Assembly: GCF_001545095.1 (NCBI RefSeq)
Contig: NZ_CP013213.1
Span: 1,110,001 to 1,142,000 of the forward strand
Reading direction: 5' to 3'
Source of the DNA: Erysipelothrix larvae
Lineage (GTDB): Bacteria; Bacillota_I; Bacilli_A; Erysipelotrichales; Erysipelotrichaceae
Length of the DNA: 32,000 nt
In this document: in pieces, positions 1 to 9,907 of the stretch
How positions within the stretch are numbered: the first letter of the stretch is position 1
Layout: every line of letters starts with the position of its first letter
Translations under genes and position numbers: made by a program
The notes under the pieces: model-generated
Databases searched by the model: none
The model's input: the letters and a program-made list of their open reading frames with translations, nothing else
What the model was told of the DNA's origin: nothing

Positions 1-168
1 CACCTCTTTCCTATGTATCATATCAATTTAATGTGTCATTCACTCGACATTACACACCAAACTTAGTCGATTCTATTACGATTTGATTGGCGAACTTTTT
101 TACGTGTGAATTTGCTAAAGTAAAACGATTGGAAAAACCAACCGCTTCGATAATCCCAGGTATTGGAC

Positions 169-453
169 TTAGATTTTGTATGTTTTGTTTAAGTGACGAT
201 ATCCAAAAGTGATTACAAAGATTGATACAGGGATGAAAGTCAAAGCAAAGATGAATGATACAGGGTGAAAAAACCGAACTGTATTGAATAGATTTAAGCA
301 TCCGATACTAAAGAGAATGCAAGAAAACGTTGTAATCAAATATAAGTATGTGATGTATTTGATGAAATCTTTTCTTGAGCTAAAATCATCTAACTTTTCA
401 AACTTAGTGAAAATAAACAAATCATGAAATAATGAAACAAATAATTCAAGCAT
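169..453 (-). CDS. small hypothetical membrane protein (94 aa, two predicted TM helices)
   Basis: The ATG at 453 is preceded by a strong SD (minus strand AAGAGGAGG, about 8 nt upstream). There are two hydrophobic stretches (ITYLYLITTFSCILFSIGCLNLF and FHPVSFIFALTFIPVSIFVITF). No family recognised. Confidence 0.5.
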   Translation of the reverse strand: MLELFVSLFHDLFIFTKFEKLDDFSSRKDFIKYITYLYLITTFSCILFSIGCLNLFNTVRFFHPVSFIFALTFIPVSIFVITFGYRHLNKTYKI

Positions 454-528
454 CGGTCAATTCCTCCTCTTGCATGGTTCTTGTAATTAAAGTATACCAG
501 AAAAAATCAACAATTAAAGGAATATTCC

Positions 529-1113
529 TTACAACAGTATTTCCATTTGATGAACATCTTGATCGGCAAGTGTTATGAATGCAGCATTATTCAAATGGTA
601 CTGAACCATCATCTCAAAAGGAGTTTTGTTGAGTAAGGATAACAACGCCATTACCACACCGCTGTGAGTCACAATTAAGACGTCATCTTGATGATTCGAA
701 ATAATTTGTCTAAGCCCTGATAAGACGCGCTGTAAGACTTGTTGATAGGATTCCCCTTGATGAATGTTTGAATAGCGTCGATTGTGAGACCATGTACGAA
801 ATGAATCCGGATCATCGTTTTCAACTTGAATCCACGTCTTCCCTTCCCAGGTTCCTAATGCAATCTCCTGAAGATTTGGCATTTCAACCATACCAATTCC
901 ACAAACTTGAGACACAATTGTTGCGGTATCTTTTGCTCTTTTTTGGGGGCTTGTGTAGATGTAAGAAAAAGCGACGTGCATTTGATTCAGTTGATCAGCA
1001 AGTGCGTGAGCTTGCAAAATCCCTTTAGGTGATAAATCAGTATCACTACTTCCTTGAATACGTTTTTCTTCATTCCAATATGTGTGACCATGTCGTGCGA
1101 TGTATAGTTTCAT
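529..1113 (-). CDS. histidine phosphatase family protein (phosphoglycerate mutase-like superfamily)
   Basis: N-terminal catalytic RHG motif (MKLYIARHGHTYWNE) and a later VTHSGV motif. The ATG at 1113 has an AAAGGAG SD 5 nt upstream. 194 aa. Confidence 0.85.
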   Translation of the reverse strand: MKLYIARHGHTYWNEEKRIQGSSDTDLSPKGILQAHALADQLNQMHVAFSYIYTSPQKRAKDTATIVSQVCGIGMVEMPNLQEIALGTWEGKTWIQVENDDPDSFRTWSHNRRYSNIHQGESYQQVLQRVLSGLRQIISNHQDDVLIVTHSGVVMALLSLLNKTPFEMMVQYHLNNAAFITLADQDVHQMEILL

Positions 1114-1137
1114 AGAGACTCCTTTATCATTAACAAA

Positions 1138-1911
1138 TTATGAACCTTCTTCATTAAAAAGATAATGCATGAACCGCTGCGGATCTTTCAAAAATGAACG
1201 TGTGTCACTCACAATTGGGTGATTATCGTATGAAACTTCATTAATTGCTTCATGTATATAATAAATCTTAGCCTGAGGATATGCTAAGAGTATGGGCGAG
1301 TGGGTACAGATAATAAATTGACTCCCCTTTTTCACATACTCACCAATAAGGTAAAGCAAGGTTAATTGGTTTTGAAACGAAAGAGGGGTTTCGGGTTCAT
1401 CAAGTAAATAAAGTGATTGTGAACGCAGTCTTTCACTAAAAAAGCGGATATACCCTTCGCCATGCGATGCCTTTAGGTAAGATTCAACAATCCCATTCAT
1501 GCGCTGTGTATTGCCTTTATGAAGGTTTGTCTCAAGAAGATAAGCAAGTGATTCTGGATTTTTATGGCGTGCTTGAGCATCCTGTAACATCATTTGATTG
1601 GTTTCAACTTCATCGGATGCCCAGGACAAATAGGTGTAGAAGTCTTCACTTTGGAAATAATACCCTTTCTTAAGTTTAGAAGACCATGAAAGTTTGAACC
1701 CATCTTCATAAGGGTGGTGCATTGACGATGCTTTTCCAACGGGAATACTTTGGGTTAAGGTGCTAATCGCATTGAGTAAGGTTGACTTACCACATCCATT
1801 TTCACCGGTCAGAAAGATTACAGGTGAGGAAAGATCAAGCGAATCGAATTTCAGTATATTAAATGGATACTCAGTCTGTGTTGCATTCAAGCATGTAATT
1901 TCTTTTAGCAT
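1138..1911 (-). CDS. stand-alone ABC/SMC-like P-loop ATPase (AAA_21/COG3910-like), function unknown
   Basis: Walker A GENGCGKST, Walker B LYLLDEPETPLS, an SHGEG element at the ABC-signature position, and a CTHSP switch region. No transmembrane or substrate domain. ATG at 1911 with an AAGGAG SD. Confidence 0.75.
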   Translation of the reverse strand: MLKEITCLNATQTEYPFNILKFDSLDLSSPVIFLTGENGCGKSTLLNAISTLTQSIPVGKASSMHHPYEDGFKLSWSSKLKKGYYFQSEDFYTYLSWASDEVETNQMMLQDAQARHKNPESLAYLLETNLHKGNTQRMNGIVESYLKASHGEGYIRFFSERLRSQSLYLLDEPETPLSFQNQLTLLYLIGEYVKKGSQFIICTHSPILLAYPQAKIYYIHEAINEVSYDNHPIVSDTRSFLKDPQRFMHYLFNEEGS

Positions 1912-1932
1912 AGTATCTATCTCCTTGTGCAG

Positions 1933-2442
1933 TTATGATTCAAAAAAGAACAGCGTTCCTAATGACCCATCTTCATAATGCGAATTAGGATAATCGACGA
2001 CCTTCTCATAGTTATTGAGGGTATAGGTTGAAATAACTTTTTCCCAAAACTTTACGGAAGGAATATTTTTAGGGTGGCATTTAAGTTGCCATGATCCTTT
2101 ATGTAATGAACAAAGGGTTTCAAATACAGATGTTCCAACACGGTTTCTGCGGTATTTATGGAGTATAAAGAACTCAGAAAGTGAAAAATCTGTAATGCGA
2201 TCAAAGGCTTCTGGATAGTCATTAACCATCACAAAACCAGCAAGAGCATCATCAATCATAATGAAGTATGCCCAACGATTTGATTGAGTCCATGTGTAAT
2301 CAAGGTACATATACCCATAAAGTCCCAAGGGGTTTACATCAACTTCTGTGTATTGTGAGAATTCATAGAGATATTTTTCAAGTAAGTTTGCAAGAATCTC
2401 TCGTTCTTCAAGGGATACGGGTTTAAGTGTGAAAGTGTACAT
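1933..2442 (-). CDS. GNAT-family N-acetyltransferase (COG5628-like predicted acetyltransferase)
   Basis: Acetyl-CoA-binding-type motif ILHKYRRNRVGTSVFE. I prefer the ATG at 2442 (MYTFTLKP...) because AAAGGAGA lies 8 nt upstream. The 18-codon extension to 2496 in the ORF track has no SD. Confidence 0.6.
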   Translation of the reverse strand: MYTFTLKPVSLEEREILANLLEKYLYEFSQYTEVDVNPLGLYGYMYLDYTWTQSNRWAYFIMIDDALAGFVMVNDYPEAFDRITDFSLSEFFILHKYRRNRVGTSVFETLCSLHKGSWQLKCHPKNIPSVKFWEKVISTYTLNNYEKVVDYPNSHYEDGSLGTLFFFES

Positions 2443-2557
2443 CACATCATCTCCTTTAGCGTGAATATTATACTGTATTAACCCTAACATTAACAAGGTA
2501 TCGCTGTCTGAATCAATGGGGTATCAAAGTGTTATGAATCATCGTGAAAGATTGCCT

Positions 2558-2593
2558 TAAAAGAAAAGAGAAACCAAATATCACGGTCTCTCT
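2558..2593 (-). terminator. rho-independent terminator after deoC
   Basis: On the minus strand, AGAGAGACC-gtgatattt-GGTTTCTCT (9 bp with one G-U) is followed by TTTTCTTTT. It starts 13 nt after the deoC stop. Confidence 0.6.
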
Positions 2594-2605
2594 AGAAATT
2601 GTAAC

Positions 2606-3271
2606 TTAATAAGTGCCTTCAACCTTTTGACCTTGCATTAAAGCAACACCTCCTGAAGTGCCTAAGCGTGTTGCGCCTGCATTAATCATGTTTTGAGCAT
2701 CTTCAAATGAGCGTACACCCCCTGAAGCTTTAACCTGTGCTTTGTCCCCTACTGTTTGTTTCATAAGCGTTACTGCTTCTACAGTTGCCCCGCCTGAATT
2801 AAATCCAGTCGATGTTTTCACAAAATCAGCACCGGCTTTAACTGAAGCATTGCATGCATTCACAATCTCTTCATCAGAAAGAAGACAAGTCTCTAAGATA
2901 ACTTTTAGTACTAAGTCACCACATGCTTCTTTGATTGATTTTATTTCGTGTGTAATCACATCAAGTTTTCCATCTTTTAAAGCGCCAACATTGATGACCA
3001 TATCAATCTCTGTTGCGCCATTTGCAATGGCATTCTTTGTTTCAAATACCTTAGTTTCAGTTGTGTTTTGACCTAAAGGAAATCCAATAACGGTACATAC
3101 TTTAACATCAGAACCTTTAAGAAGTTCTGCACATTTTGATACGTAATAAGGATTGACACAAACGCTCATAAAATCGTATTGCAACGCTTCTTTACAAAGT
3201 GTTTCAATTTGGAATTCTAAAGCTTCTGGCTTTAAGAGTGTGTGGTCGATGTATTTATTGAGTGTGTTCAT
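2606..3271 (-). CDS. deoC: deoxyribose-phosphate aldolase
   Basis: 221 aa. It has the [11 protein letters not shown]-terminal motif, the Schiff-base lysine context DFVKTSTGF, and a C-terminal RLGTSGG. SD GGAGGAAAAAAA-ATG. The start overlaps the murE 3' end by 17 nt. Confidence 0.9.
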   Translation of the reverse strand: MNTLNKYIDHTLLKPEALEFQIETLCKEALQYDFMSVCVNPYYVSKCAELLKGSDVKVCTVIGFPLGQNTTETKVFETKNAIANGATEIDMVINVGALKDGKLDVITHEIKSIKEACGDLVLKVILETCLLSDEEIVNACNASVKAGADFVKTSTGFNSGGATVEAVTLMKQTVGDKAQVKASGGVRSFEDAQNMINAGATRLGTSGGVALMQGQKVEGTY

Positions 3272-4712
3272 TTTTTTCCTCCAATGATTGTTTTACAGCA
3301 TCTGGATCACCCATCCAAGGTTCTTTACCACTGGGTCCGTGCTGATAGGTTTCGAGCCCTTTTCCCATGATAACAACAATATCACCAGGATCCGCTCTCA
3401 TTATAGCATTTTTAATGGCTAAATATCGATTTGGCTCAATAATTGTTTCAGTTTTAGTGATGCCAGTTTTGATATCATGGGCGATGTCTAAAACAGATTC
3501 AGATCGCGGATCATCTTCTGTTAGAACGATAACATCACAGTAAGCATCGCTGACTTGTCCCATCATCGGGCGTTTGTCATGATCGCGTCCCCCTGCACTA
3601 CCAAATACAGCGATTACTTTGTTGTTTGGGTTGATGATGTCTTTACAGTATTGATACATCTTCTCCATACCATCGGGTGTGTGAGAATAATCTACAATGA
3701 CTTTAAAGTCCTGTCCATAGTCTAGAAAATTGACGCGTCCTGTAATTTCTGAAAGTGTAGCAGCTGCAGATACGATTTCTTGAAGTGAAACGTGGGTTTG
3801 GTTGTGGATCATCGCAATCGCTAGAACCAAGTTATAAACATTAAACCGTGCGACACGACTTGAGTAAACATCGTAGGATTGGTGTTTATGGATTAGCTTA
3901 AATTCTGTATGATCATCAAACAGTTTGATATCAGCAGCTTGATAGTCTGCTGTAGGGTGTGTCCCATATGTAACAATCGATTGTGTATATCCAGTATGAA
4001 TCAGTCTTTGACCGTATTCATCGTCTTCATTAATTACCATAATACAGGATGGTTTTGCTTGATCAAAAAGACGTTTTTTAGCATTGAAATAGGCTTCCAT
4101 ATTCTTGTGATAATCAAGGTGATCTTGCGTTAAGTTTGTAAATCCAACCACATCAAAGTCGATATTGTCAACACGACCCAAGGATAAGCCTTGACTTGAA
4201 ACTTCAATTGCTACGGAATCAATTTGATGGTTTACCATATCACTGAGAAGTTCCCTAAATTCAATTATATCGGGTGTTGTGAGTTTTGCAGGTAATTCAA
4301 TATCATCATAGCGAATGGCGACAGTTCCCATATATCCTGCTTTAACCTTGAGTTGTTTCAAAAGATCATAAATCATGACAGCGGTTGAAGTTTTACCATT
4401 GGTCCCTGTGATTCCATATAGCGTTAAATGGCGGGATGGATCGCCATAATAAAGGTCAGCAACCCGTACTAATTCTTTTTGAACATCGTCAACCTTAATG
4501 TAAAGAATATGATCATAGTAAGTTGTGAATGGTTTGGAATGGACAATACATATTGCACCTTTTTCAATGGCTGTATCCACAAAGTCATGGCGATCTGCGC
4601 TGACGCCTGTAGTACAAAAGAAACACGAGTTCGCAATCACTTGGTTCGTGTTGTTGCATAAACGTGTTATCTGTCTTGAATCATCGACTCCAAATAAATC
4701 AAACCCTGTCAT
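3255..4712 (-). CDS. murE: UDP-N-acetylmuramoyl-L-alanyl-D-glutamate--diamino acid ligase (MurE)
   Basis: Mur ligase P-loop [10 protein letters not shown] and Mur ligase middle and C-terminal architecture. TEDDPRSE sits at the position of the DNPR substrate-specificity motif; the Arg is retained, which by inference favours a meso-DAP-type substrate. The ATG overlaps the upstream stop (ATGA). Confidence 0.9.
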   Translation of the reverse strand: MTGFDLFGVDDSRQITRLCNNTNQVIANSCFFCTTGVSADRHDFVDTAIEKGAICIVHSKPFTTYYDHILYIKVDDVQKELVRVADLYYGDPSRHLTLYGITGTNGKTSTAVMIYDLLKQLKVKAGYMGTVAIRYDDIELPAKLTTPDIIEFRELLSDMVNHQIDSVAIEVSSQGLSLGRVDNIDFDVVGFTNLTQDHLDYHKNMEAYFNAKKRLFDQAKPSCIMVINEDDEYGQRLIHTGYTQSIVTYGTHPTADYQAADIKLFDDHTEFKLIHKHQSYDVYSSRVARFNVYNLVLAIAMIHNQTHVSLQEIVSAAATLSEITGRVNFLDYGQDFKVIVDYSHTPDGMEKMYQYCKDIINPNNKVIAVFGSAGGRDHDKRPMMGQVSDAYCDVIVLTEDDPRSESVLDIAHDIKTGITKTETIIEPNRYLAIKNAIMRADPGDIVVIMGKGLETYQHGPSGKEPWMGDPDAVKQSLEEKNEHTQ

Positions 4713-5443
4713 GATTTCACCTTCTTTTGTCTTTTCTTCACGAGTTTATTGTATTTCTTAATAAAACGCTTAGAAACCACTTCTTTATCCACTAATGCTT
4801 TATAAAATGCATCTTCATCTTCCGCTAATAATAATGAAAAGGTAAAGATGTCACGCTGCATCAAATCTTTTGTTTTTAGGTATGGAAATATGTCGTAGTC
4901 TTTATCAGATACTTTAATGAATGCTTTACCACGTTCATCATGTAAAATAAAGAAGTCTTTGGTATCAAACGAACACTCAAATTCTCCCATATTTGCAATA
5001 AAAGGCAAGCGTCCGTAACGATTAATGTTGATAATCTTACTCTTAAAGTTTTGATACAGTTCGAAAAACTGAGGAAGTTCTAGAATGGCGACTTCTTTTG
5101 AATACAGTGCGTTCATCAGTTCATCAAAAAATGGAATAAATATTTGTTCATTATTATAGCTGAAGTGTTTTAAGTTTTGAAGTTCTGGTTTTAAGTCTTT
5201 GAGGATCAAAGCATTTCTTTCTTTAAAACTCAAATAGTCCCACATATCAAAACATTGACTGCGCACACTTTCATAGCATGATTCAATGGTCTCTTTGTTT
5301 CTTAATCCTTCTTCAAATACAGTTAATGTAAGATAGTCCATCAAGTTTTTCGGATCATAAGGCAATGAAAAACGTTCAGCGAGTGTTTTAAGCTGATTCA
5401 TGCGTTTTTTATTCAATTTATACTTATGATACTTTGATAGCAT
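4709..5443 (-). CDS. hypothetical protein (244 aa) with a lysine-rich C-terminal tail, no recognisable family
   Basis: An uninterrupted ORF wedged between rsmE and murE. I prefer the ATG at 5443 (GGAG 10 nt upstream, 1 nt after the rsmE stop) over the TTG at 5452. Its TGA stop overlaps the murE ATG. The C-terminus is [16 protein letters not shown]. Confidence 0.6.
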   Translation of the reverse strand: MLSKYHKYKLNKKRMNQLKTLAERFSLPYDPKNLMDYLTLTVFEEGLRNKETIESCYESVRSQCFDMWDYLSFKERNALILKDLKPELQNLKHFSYNNEQIFIPFFDELMNALYSKEVAILELPQFFELYQNFKSKIININRYGRLPFIANMGEFECSFDTKDFFILHDERGKAFIKVSDKDYDIFPYLKTKDLMQRDIFTFSLLLAEDEDAFYKALVDKEVVSKRFIKKYNKLVKKRQKKVKS

Positions 5444-5444
5444 A

Positions 5445-6143
5445 TTATCCAATCTCCAATGTACTAATTAAGGTTGCAACTGCAAGTGGTGCTGTTTCAG
5501 CACGGTAGATATAAGGTCCAAAGCTGACTGCTTGGATGTTTAATGAATCAAATAGAGCACGTTCTTTATCAGAAAAACCTCCTTCAGGTCCAATAAATAC
5601 AGTGATTGAGCCTTGAGATTTGTTTAAGACACTGAGCAAGTGGGGATGGTCTGATGTATCACCATATAGATTAAAATCAGATAAGGTTGATTTTAAATCT
5701 TTTGACTCAATAATTCCAGATACACTCACGGGGAATTGACGGTAAGACTGTTCAGAGGCTTCTTTCGCAATTAATTGAAGTCGTTCAAGTTTACGTGCTT
5801 CCCGTTTTCCAAAATCGCGCACGACCCCACGATCGGATCGATACAAGATGATTTCATCAACGCCACACTCACATGCTTTTTGAATCATCCATTCAAGACG
5901 CTCAGAACGTATGAGTGAAGCAACAATCCGAATGCGATATTTCTTTTTGTAAAAGGTTAAGGGTTCAAGAATATCAAAGGAATCCAAAGCGTTTGTATTA
6001 AATCGTGCAAGGACGCCGTTTCCCTTTGCATCAACAAGACGAACGGTATCGTTTTGTTTCATTCTTAAGACATTTTTTATTTGGTGGTGTTGGTCATCAG
6101 ATAATGACGGGTTGTCAATATCATCAATAAAAAACTGTTGCAT
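5445..6143 (-). CDS. rsmE: 16S rRNA (uracil1498-N3)-methyltransferase
   Basis: 232 aa. RsmE/SPOUT layout with the C-terminal knot motif FIGPEGGFSDKE and RAETAPLAV. The start abuts the rluB stop. Confidence 0.85.
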   Translation of the reverse strand: MQQFFIDDIDNPSLSDDQHHQIKNVLRMKQNDTVRLVDAKGNGVLARFNTNALDSFDILEPLTFYKKKYRIRIVASLIRSERLEWMIQKACECGVDEIILYRSDRGVVRDFGKREARKLERLQLIAKEASEQSYRQFPVSVSGIIESKDLKSTLSDFNLYGDTSDHPHLLSVLNKSQGSITVFIGPEGGFSDKERALFDSLNIQAVSFGPYIYRAETAPLAVATLISTLEIG

Positions 6144-6884
6144 TTATAGTTCGCCTTTAGCCATTAATGAAAGCTTTTTGATTTCAAAAGGTTTCAAGTC
6201 CCTATATTGACCAATTCCCACACCATCCAGCGTTACTGGACCAATTGCAAAGCGATGAAGCCGCACAACAGGAAGTTTAAAGTGCTCCATAACTTTACGA
6301 ATTTGACGATTTTTACCTTCTGATAGAATTAAGGTAAATGCAGTTCTGTCTGCTTTTTTAATATAACGAACGTCTTCGACTTCCATCCCTTGGTAAGAGA
6401 CACCATCAACTGTAACGCCTTGACGCAGTTTCTCTGATACGCTGAATGGGAGTTTCCCTTTTACTGATACACGATAGGATTTCTTAACGTGGTATTTTGG
6501 ATGCGTTAGAAGTTGTGCAAACGCACCATCATTGGTGAGAATGAGTGCGCCTGTTGTATCCATATCAAGACGTCCTATCGGATACAGTCTGTGTTGATCG
6601 TGTACGATGTCAATAACAGTCGGTCGATCATGTGTATCGGATGCACTGGATAGAACACCTCTTGGTTTATTCAATAAATAATATACACGGTTATTCTCTT
6701 GAATGATTGGCTTGTTATCAACGGTAATCTTGTCTTGTGGCAACACTTTAACACCCAATTCTTTGACCACAACGCCATTGACTTTAACTTTTCCGTCAAG
6801 GATCAGTGTTTCTGCTTTACGACGCGAACATACCCCCGCATCCGCGATTGCTTTTTGTAATCTTATTTCATTTGAAGAGCTCAT
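6144..6884 (-). CDS. rluB: 23S rRNA pseudouridine synthase, RsuA/RluB family
   Basis: N-terminal S4 domain (RLQKAIADAGVCSRRKAE) and catalytic GRLDMDTTGALILTNDG. I prefer the ATG at 6884 (GGAGAA SD); the track start at 6896 is a TTG. Confidence 0.85.
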   Translation of the reverse strand: MSSSNEIRLQKAIADAGVCSRRKAETLILDGKVKVNGVVVKELGVKVLPQDKITVDNKPIIQENNRVYYLLNKPRGVLSSASDTHDRPTVIDIVHDQHRLYPIGRLDMDTTGALILTNDGAFAQLLTHPKYHVKKSYRVSVKGKLPFSVSEKLRQGVTVDGVSYQGMEVEDVRYIKKADRTAFTLILSEGKNRQIRKVMEHFKLPVVRLHRFAIGPVTLDGVGIGQYRDLKPFEIKKLSLMAKGEL

Positions 6885-7407
6885 GATTTTCTCCAATCAT
6901 TTCTACTTTAATTTCAGGCAATTCATCTAATGATGTCAGTTTAAATACATCAAAGAATGAAGAAGTTACTTCATATAATATGGGTCTACCCGGTGTGTCA
7001 TTGCGTCCCGCTTCGCAAATAAGGTCTAGTGCTTCAAGACGGCGACACATCATATCACTGTTAACACCGCGGATTTCTTCGATCTCAACGCGTGTAATGG
7101 GTTGTTTGTAGGCGATGATTGCAAGTGTTTCAAGGGCAGCTTGAGATAATTGACGGGTGCGGTTAAATTCAAGCAGTTCACCAATAATCTCGTGATGTTT
7201 CTGTTTCGTAACAAGTTTTAAGACACCACCATATTCCACAACATCAAGACCGGATGTTGCACTTTCTTTGTAGTGGTTTTTAAAGTCTTCAACAAATGTA
7301 TTACACGATCCCTCATCAAGATTGAATACAGTCTGTAATTGAAATTTAGTAATGCCTTCATCACCAAATGCAAAGAGTATTGCTTCTAATGTACCAAAAT
7401 CTTCCAT
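6868..7407 (-). CDS. scpB: segregation and condensation protein B
   Basis: LEAILFAFGDEGIT and ETLAIIAYKQPITRVEIEEIRGV winged-helix motifs typical of ScpB. It immediately follows scpA. Confidence 0.85.
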   Translation of the reverse strand: MEDFGTLEAILFAFGDEGITKFQLQTVFNLDEGSCNTFVEDFKNHYKESATSGLDVVEYGGVLKLVTKQKHHEIIGELLEFNRTRQLSQAALETLAIIAYKQPITRVEIEEIRGVNSDMMCRRLEALDLICEAGRNDTPGRPILYEVTSSFFDVFKLTSLDELPEIKVEMIGENHELFK

Positions 7408-8133
7408 CTAGACTGCTCCTTTCAGATAAATTGCGTCGTTTTGAGTGCTCAAGAGTAAATCACCCATTCGTAACATATCTAAAACTGCTAGGAATGTGAC
7501 AATCATAAAACTTACATTGGGTGATTTCTCGAGCAAATCATCCAATGTCATTACTTTTTTGTTTAAAAACTCCATCCGCAGTGAAATGATGCGATCATCC
7601 ACTGAATATTCAACACGTTCGATGGATACTTCATGTGGATTTGCAAGCTTAAAGCGTTGCATTACCTTGACCATGGCATTCATGAGATCATAAGGCGTTT
7701 GATCATAAGAAATACTATCCTTAAGTGATGTTTTAATGTCTTTTAGAAGTTGAACAGAGATGGGTTTTGTATGTTGTTGGAGCCGTTCTTGATAGCGTAC
7801 TGCAAGTTCCATACTAACTTCTTTGTAGCGTTGATATTCAAGCAACCTTTTCACCAGGTCTGTTTCTTGGTCTTCAAGTTCTTTGACATCAAGTTCACTT
7901 TTGTCACGAGGCAAAAGCTTTTTACTTTTATATTCAATAAGTCCAGCGAGTTCTGCAATGTATTCTGCAGCAATCTCGAGTTTTTGTTCTTTAGCGTGAT
8001 TTAAAAAATCAGCATATTGATTCGCGAGTTCAAGGATGTTTAAGTCAAAAAGATCAAGTTTCTTATCCTTGATCAAATAAAGCATTAAGTCCAAAGGACC
8101 GGAAAATTGTTCAATTGTAACTTCAAATGCCAT
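7408..8133 (-). CDS. scpA: segregation and condensation protein A (kleisin)
   Basis: N-terminal FSGPLDLMLYLIKDKKLDLFDLNILELANQY, typical of ScpA. 241 aa. Confidence 0.85.
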   Translation of the reverse strand: MAFEVTIEQFSGPLDLMLYLIKDKKLDLFDLNILELANQYADFLNHAKEQKLEIAAEYIAELAGLIEYKSKKLLPRDKSELDVKELEDQETDLVKRLLEYQRYKEVSMELAVRYQERLQQHTKPISVQLLKDIKTSLKDSISYDQTPYDLMNAMVKVMQRFKLANPHEVSIERVEYSVDDRIISLRMEFLNKKVMTLDDLLEKSPNVSFMIVTFLAVLDMLRMGDLLLSTQNDAIYLKGAV

Positions 8134-8147
8134 CCAAAATCTCTTTT

Positions 8148-9449
8148 CTAACTTACGATATCCGCGATTAATTGCGGTGTTTCAAGTGCATTGTCTGTGT
8201 AAGAGAATGCTAATTTGAATTCTTCAATGTGACGCGACTCAATGGGTTCATTGCTATACAAAGTACCCAGAAGTTCGCCTTCACTTACAGAATCCCCAAC
8301 TTTCTTATTTAATATGATTCCAGCCTTAAAGTCAATGTCTTCATCTTTTTTTGTGCGTCCTGCACCTAAATGAAGTGAAGCCATTCCAAGTTCTAAAGCT
8401 TTTAAATCAGATACAAATCCATGGGAATCAGCGTAGACTTGTTGGGTGTAGGCTGCGTGAGTAAACGCACCAAGGTCTTCAAATACTGATGTATCGCCAC
8501 CTTGTCTTGCAATCCACTCAAGGAATTTCTTATATGCTGATCCATCTTCGATGGAAGCTTTTGCTTTTTGATACCCTGCTTCATATGAATCAACTTGCTT
8601 GCCATGAACAAGCATATGTCCACATGCAACCAAACAGAGTTCTTCTAAGTCTTTCGGTCCATGTCCACACAGCGTTTCAACGGCTTCCTTTACTTCAAGC
8701 GCATTTCCAATACAAAAACCAAGGGGTTGATTCATATTCGTAAGAAGTGCTGTAACATCGCGTCCAAGGTTTTTTCCAATGGATATCATCACACGTGCTA
8801 ATTCGCGTGCATCATCCAATGTCTTCATAAATGCTCCCTCGCCATATTTTACGTCGAGTACGATTGCATCGGCTCCACCTGCGATTTTCTTAGACATAAT
8901 CGATGCAGCAATCAGTGGAATTGATTGAACCGTTCCCGTTACATCACGTAAAGCATAAAGCACCTTATCTGCGTATACTAGATTTCCTGTTTGACCAATG
9001 ATTGCGACATTAATGTCGTTTACTTGATTTACAAATGCGTCATTTTCTAAATTAATGTCAAATCCTGGAATTGATTCAAGTTTATCAAGGGTTCCACCGG
9101 TATGTCCAAGTCCCCTTCCACTCATTTTCGCAACTTTGCCACCACATGCAGCAACAATAGGACTGATGACAAGGGATGTCTTATCCCCAACACCTCCAGT
9201 GGAGTGCTTATCGACTTTAAGACCATGAATTAAGGATAAATCAATGGTGTCACCAGAAGCAATCATCGCTTCTGTTAGTGCTGTTGTTTCTTCCATATTC
9301 ATACCATTTAAAGTAATTGCCATCAACAAGGCTGAAGATTGATAATCTTCAACCGTGTGGTTTGTAAGTCCTTCAATCCAAAACTTAATTTCTTGAGAAG
9401 ATAAGGCGTGTCCATCGCGTTTCTTCTCGATTATCTCAACGATTCTCAT
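8148..9449 (-). CDS. pdp: pyrimidine-nucleoside (thymidine) phosphorylase
   Basis: DKHSTGGVGDKTS phosphate-binding motif and a roughly 433-aa glycosyl transferase family 3 layout. The ATG at 9449 shares one nt with the folA TGA (TGATG). The track start at 9452 is a TTG. Confidence 0.9.
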   Translation of the reverse strand: MRIVEIIEKKRDGHALSSQEIKFWIEGLTNHTVEDYQSSALLMAITLNGMNMEETTALTEAMIASGDTIDLSLIHGLKVDKHSTGGVGDKTSLVISPIVAACGGKVAKMSGRGLGHTGGTLDKLESIPGFDINLENDAFVNQVNDINVAIIGQTGNLVYADKVLYALRDVTGTVQSIPLIAASIMSKKIAGGADAIVLDVKYGEGAFMKTLDDARELARVMISIGKNLGRDVTALLTNMNQPLGFCIGNALEVKEAVETLCGHGPKDLEELCLVACGHMLVHGKQVDSYEAGYQKAKASIEDGSAYKKFLEWIARQGGDTSVFEDLGAFTHAAYTQQVYADSHGFVSDLKALELGMASLHLGAGRTKKDEDIDFKAGIILNKKVGDSVSEGELLGTLYSNEPIESRHIEEFKLAFSYTDNALETPQLIADIVS

Positions 9450-9907
9450 CAAATCACCCTTTCGTATATAACTAAATTATACTCTTTAAATTCACGCATT
9501 TCCTTTATTCTAAATTCATTAATTGAAAACGACGGAAAATAAGTGTCGCCAATGACGTCATTGTCTTTAATGAAGGATAATACGAGTTTATCACAGATTG
9601 GTAAAAGAAGTTCATAGATGGTTCCTCCGCCACATACGACACATTCCTTTTCACTGTTTTTATATGTTTTAAAAAATGCATTAATATCTTGAATGCTGTT
9701 TGGATATGTGGTGTCTGTTGTGATTACATGAATGTTTCGACCTCTGAGTTTTTGAGGTAATCCTTCATAAGTAACCCTCCCCATACACAAATCCTTTCCC
9801 ATTGTATAGGATTTAAAATGTTTTAAGTCTTCGGATGAATGCCACGGCATCACCCCATCACGGCCGATGGTACCATACTGATTCATCGCTGCGATACAGG
9901 TAATCAT
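9449..9907 (-). CDS. folA: dihydrofolate reductase
   Basis: 152 aa. GRDGVMPWHSSEDLKHFKSYTMGKDLCMGRVTYE and CGGGTIYE match DHFR hallmarks. The start overlaps the thyA stop (TAATG). Confidence 0.85.
   Translation of the reverse strand: MITCIAAMNQYGTIGRDGVMPWHSSEDLKHFKSYTMGKDLCMGRVTYEGLPQKLRGRNIHVITTDTTYPNSIQDINAFFKTYKNSEKECVVCGGGTIYELLLPICDKLVLSFIKDNDVIGDTYFPSFSINEFRIKEMREFKEYNLVIYERVI

Noticed and set aside
50-301. An 83-aa minus-strand ORF. Its last roughly 40 codons (50-175) lie beyond the stop of the 169..453 gene and read ...IIEAVGFSNRFTLANSHVKKFANQ..., which is faintly reminiscent of the end of an AraC-type HTH.
   Set aside because: Most of the ORF overlaps the better-supported 169..453 gene in another frame. 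The non-overlapping part has no start codon or SD. The resemblance is too short to support. A frameshifted continuation through the A-rich tract near 170-190 is possible but cannot be shown from this sequence.
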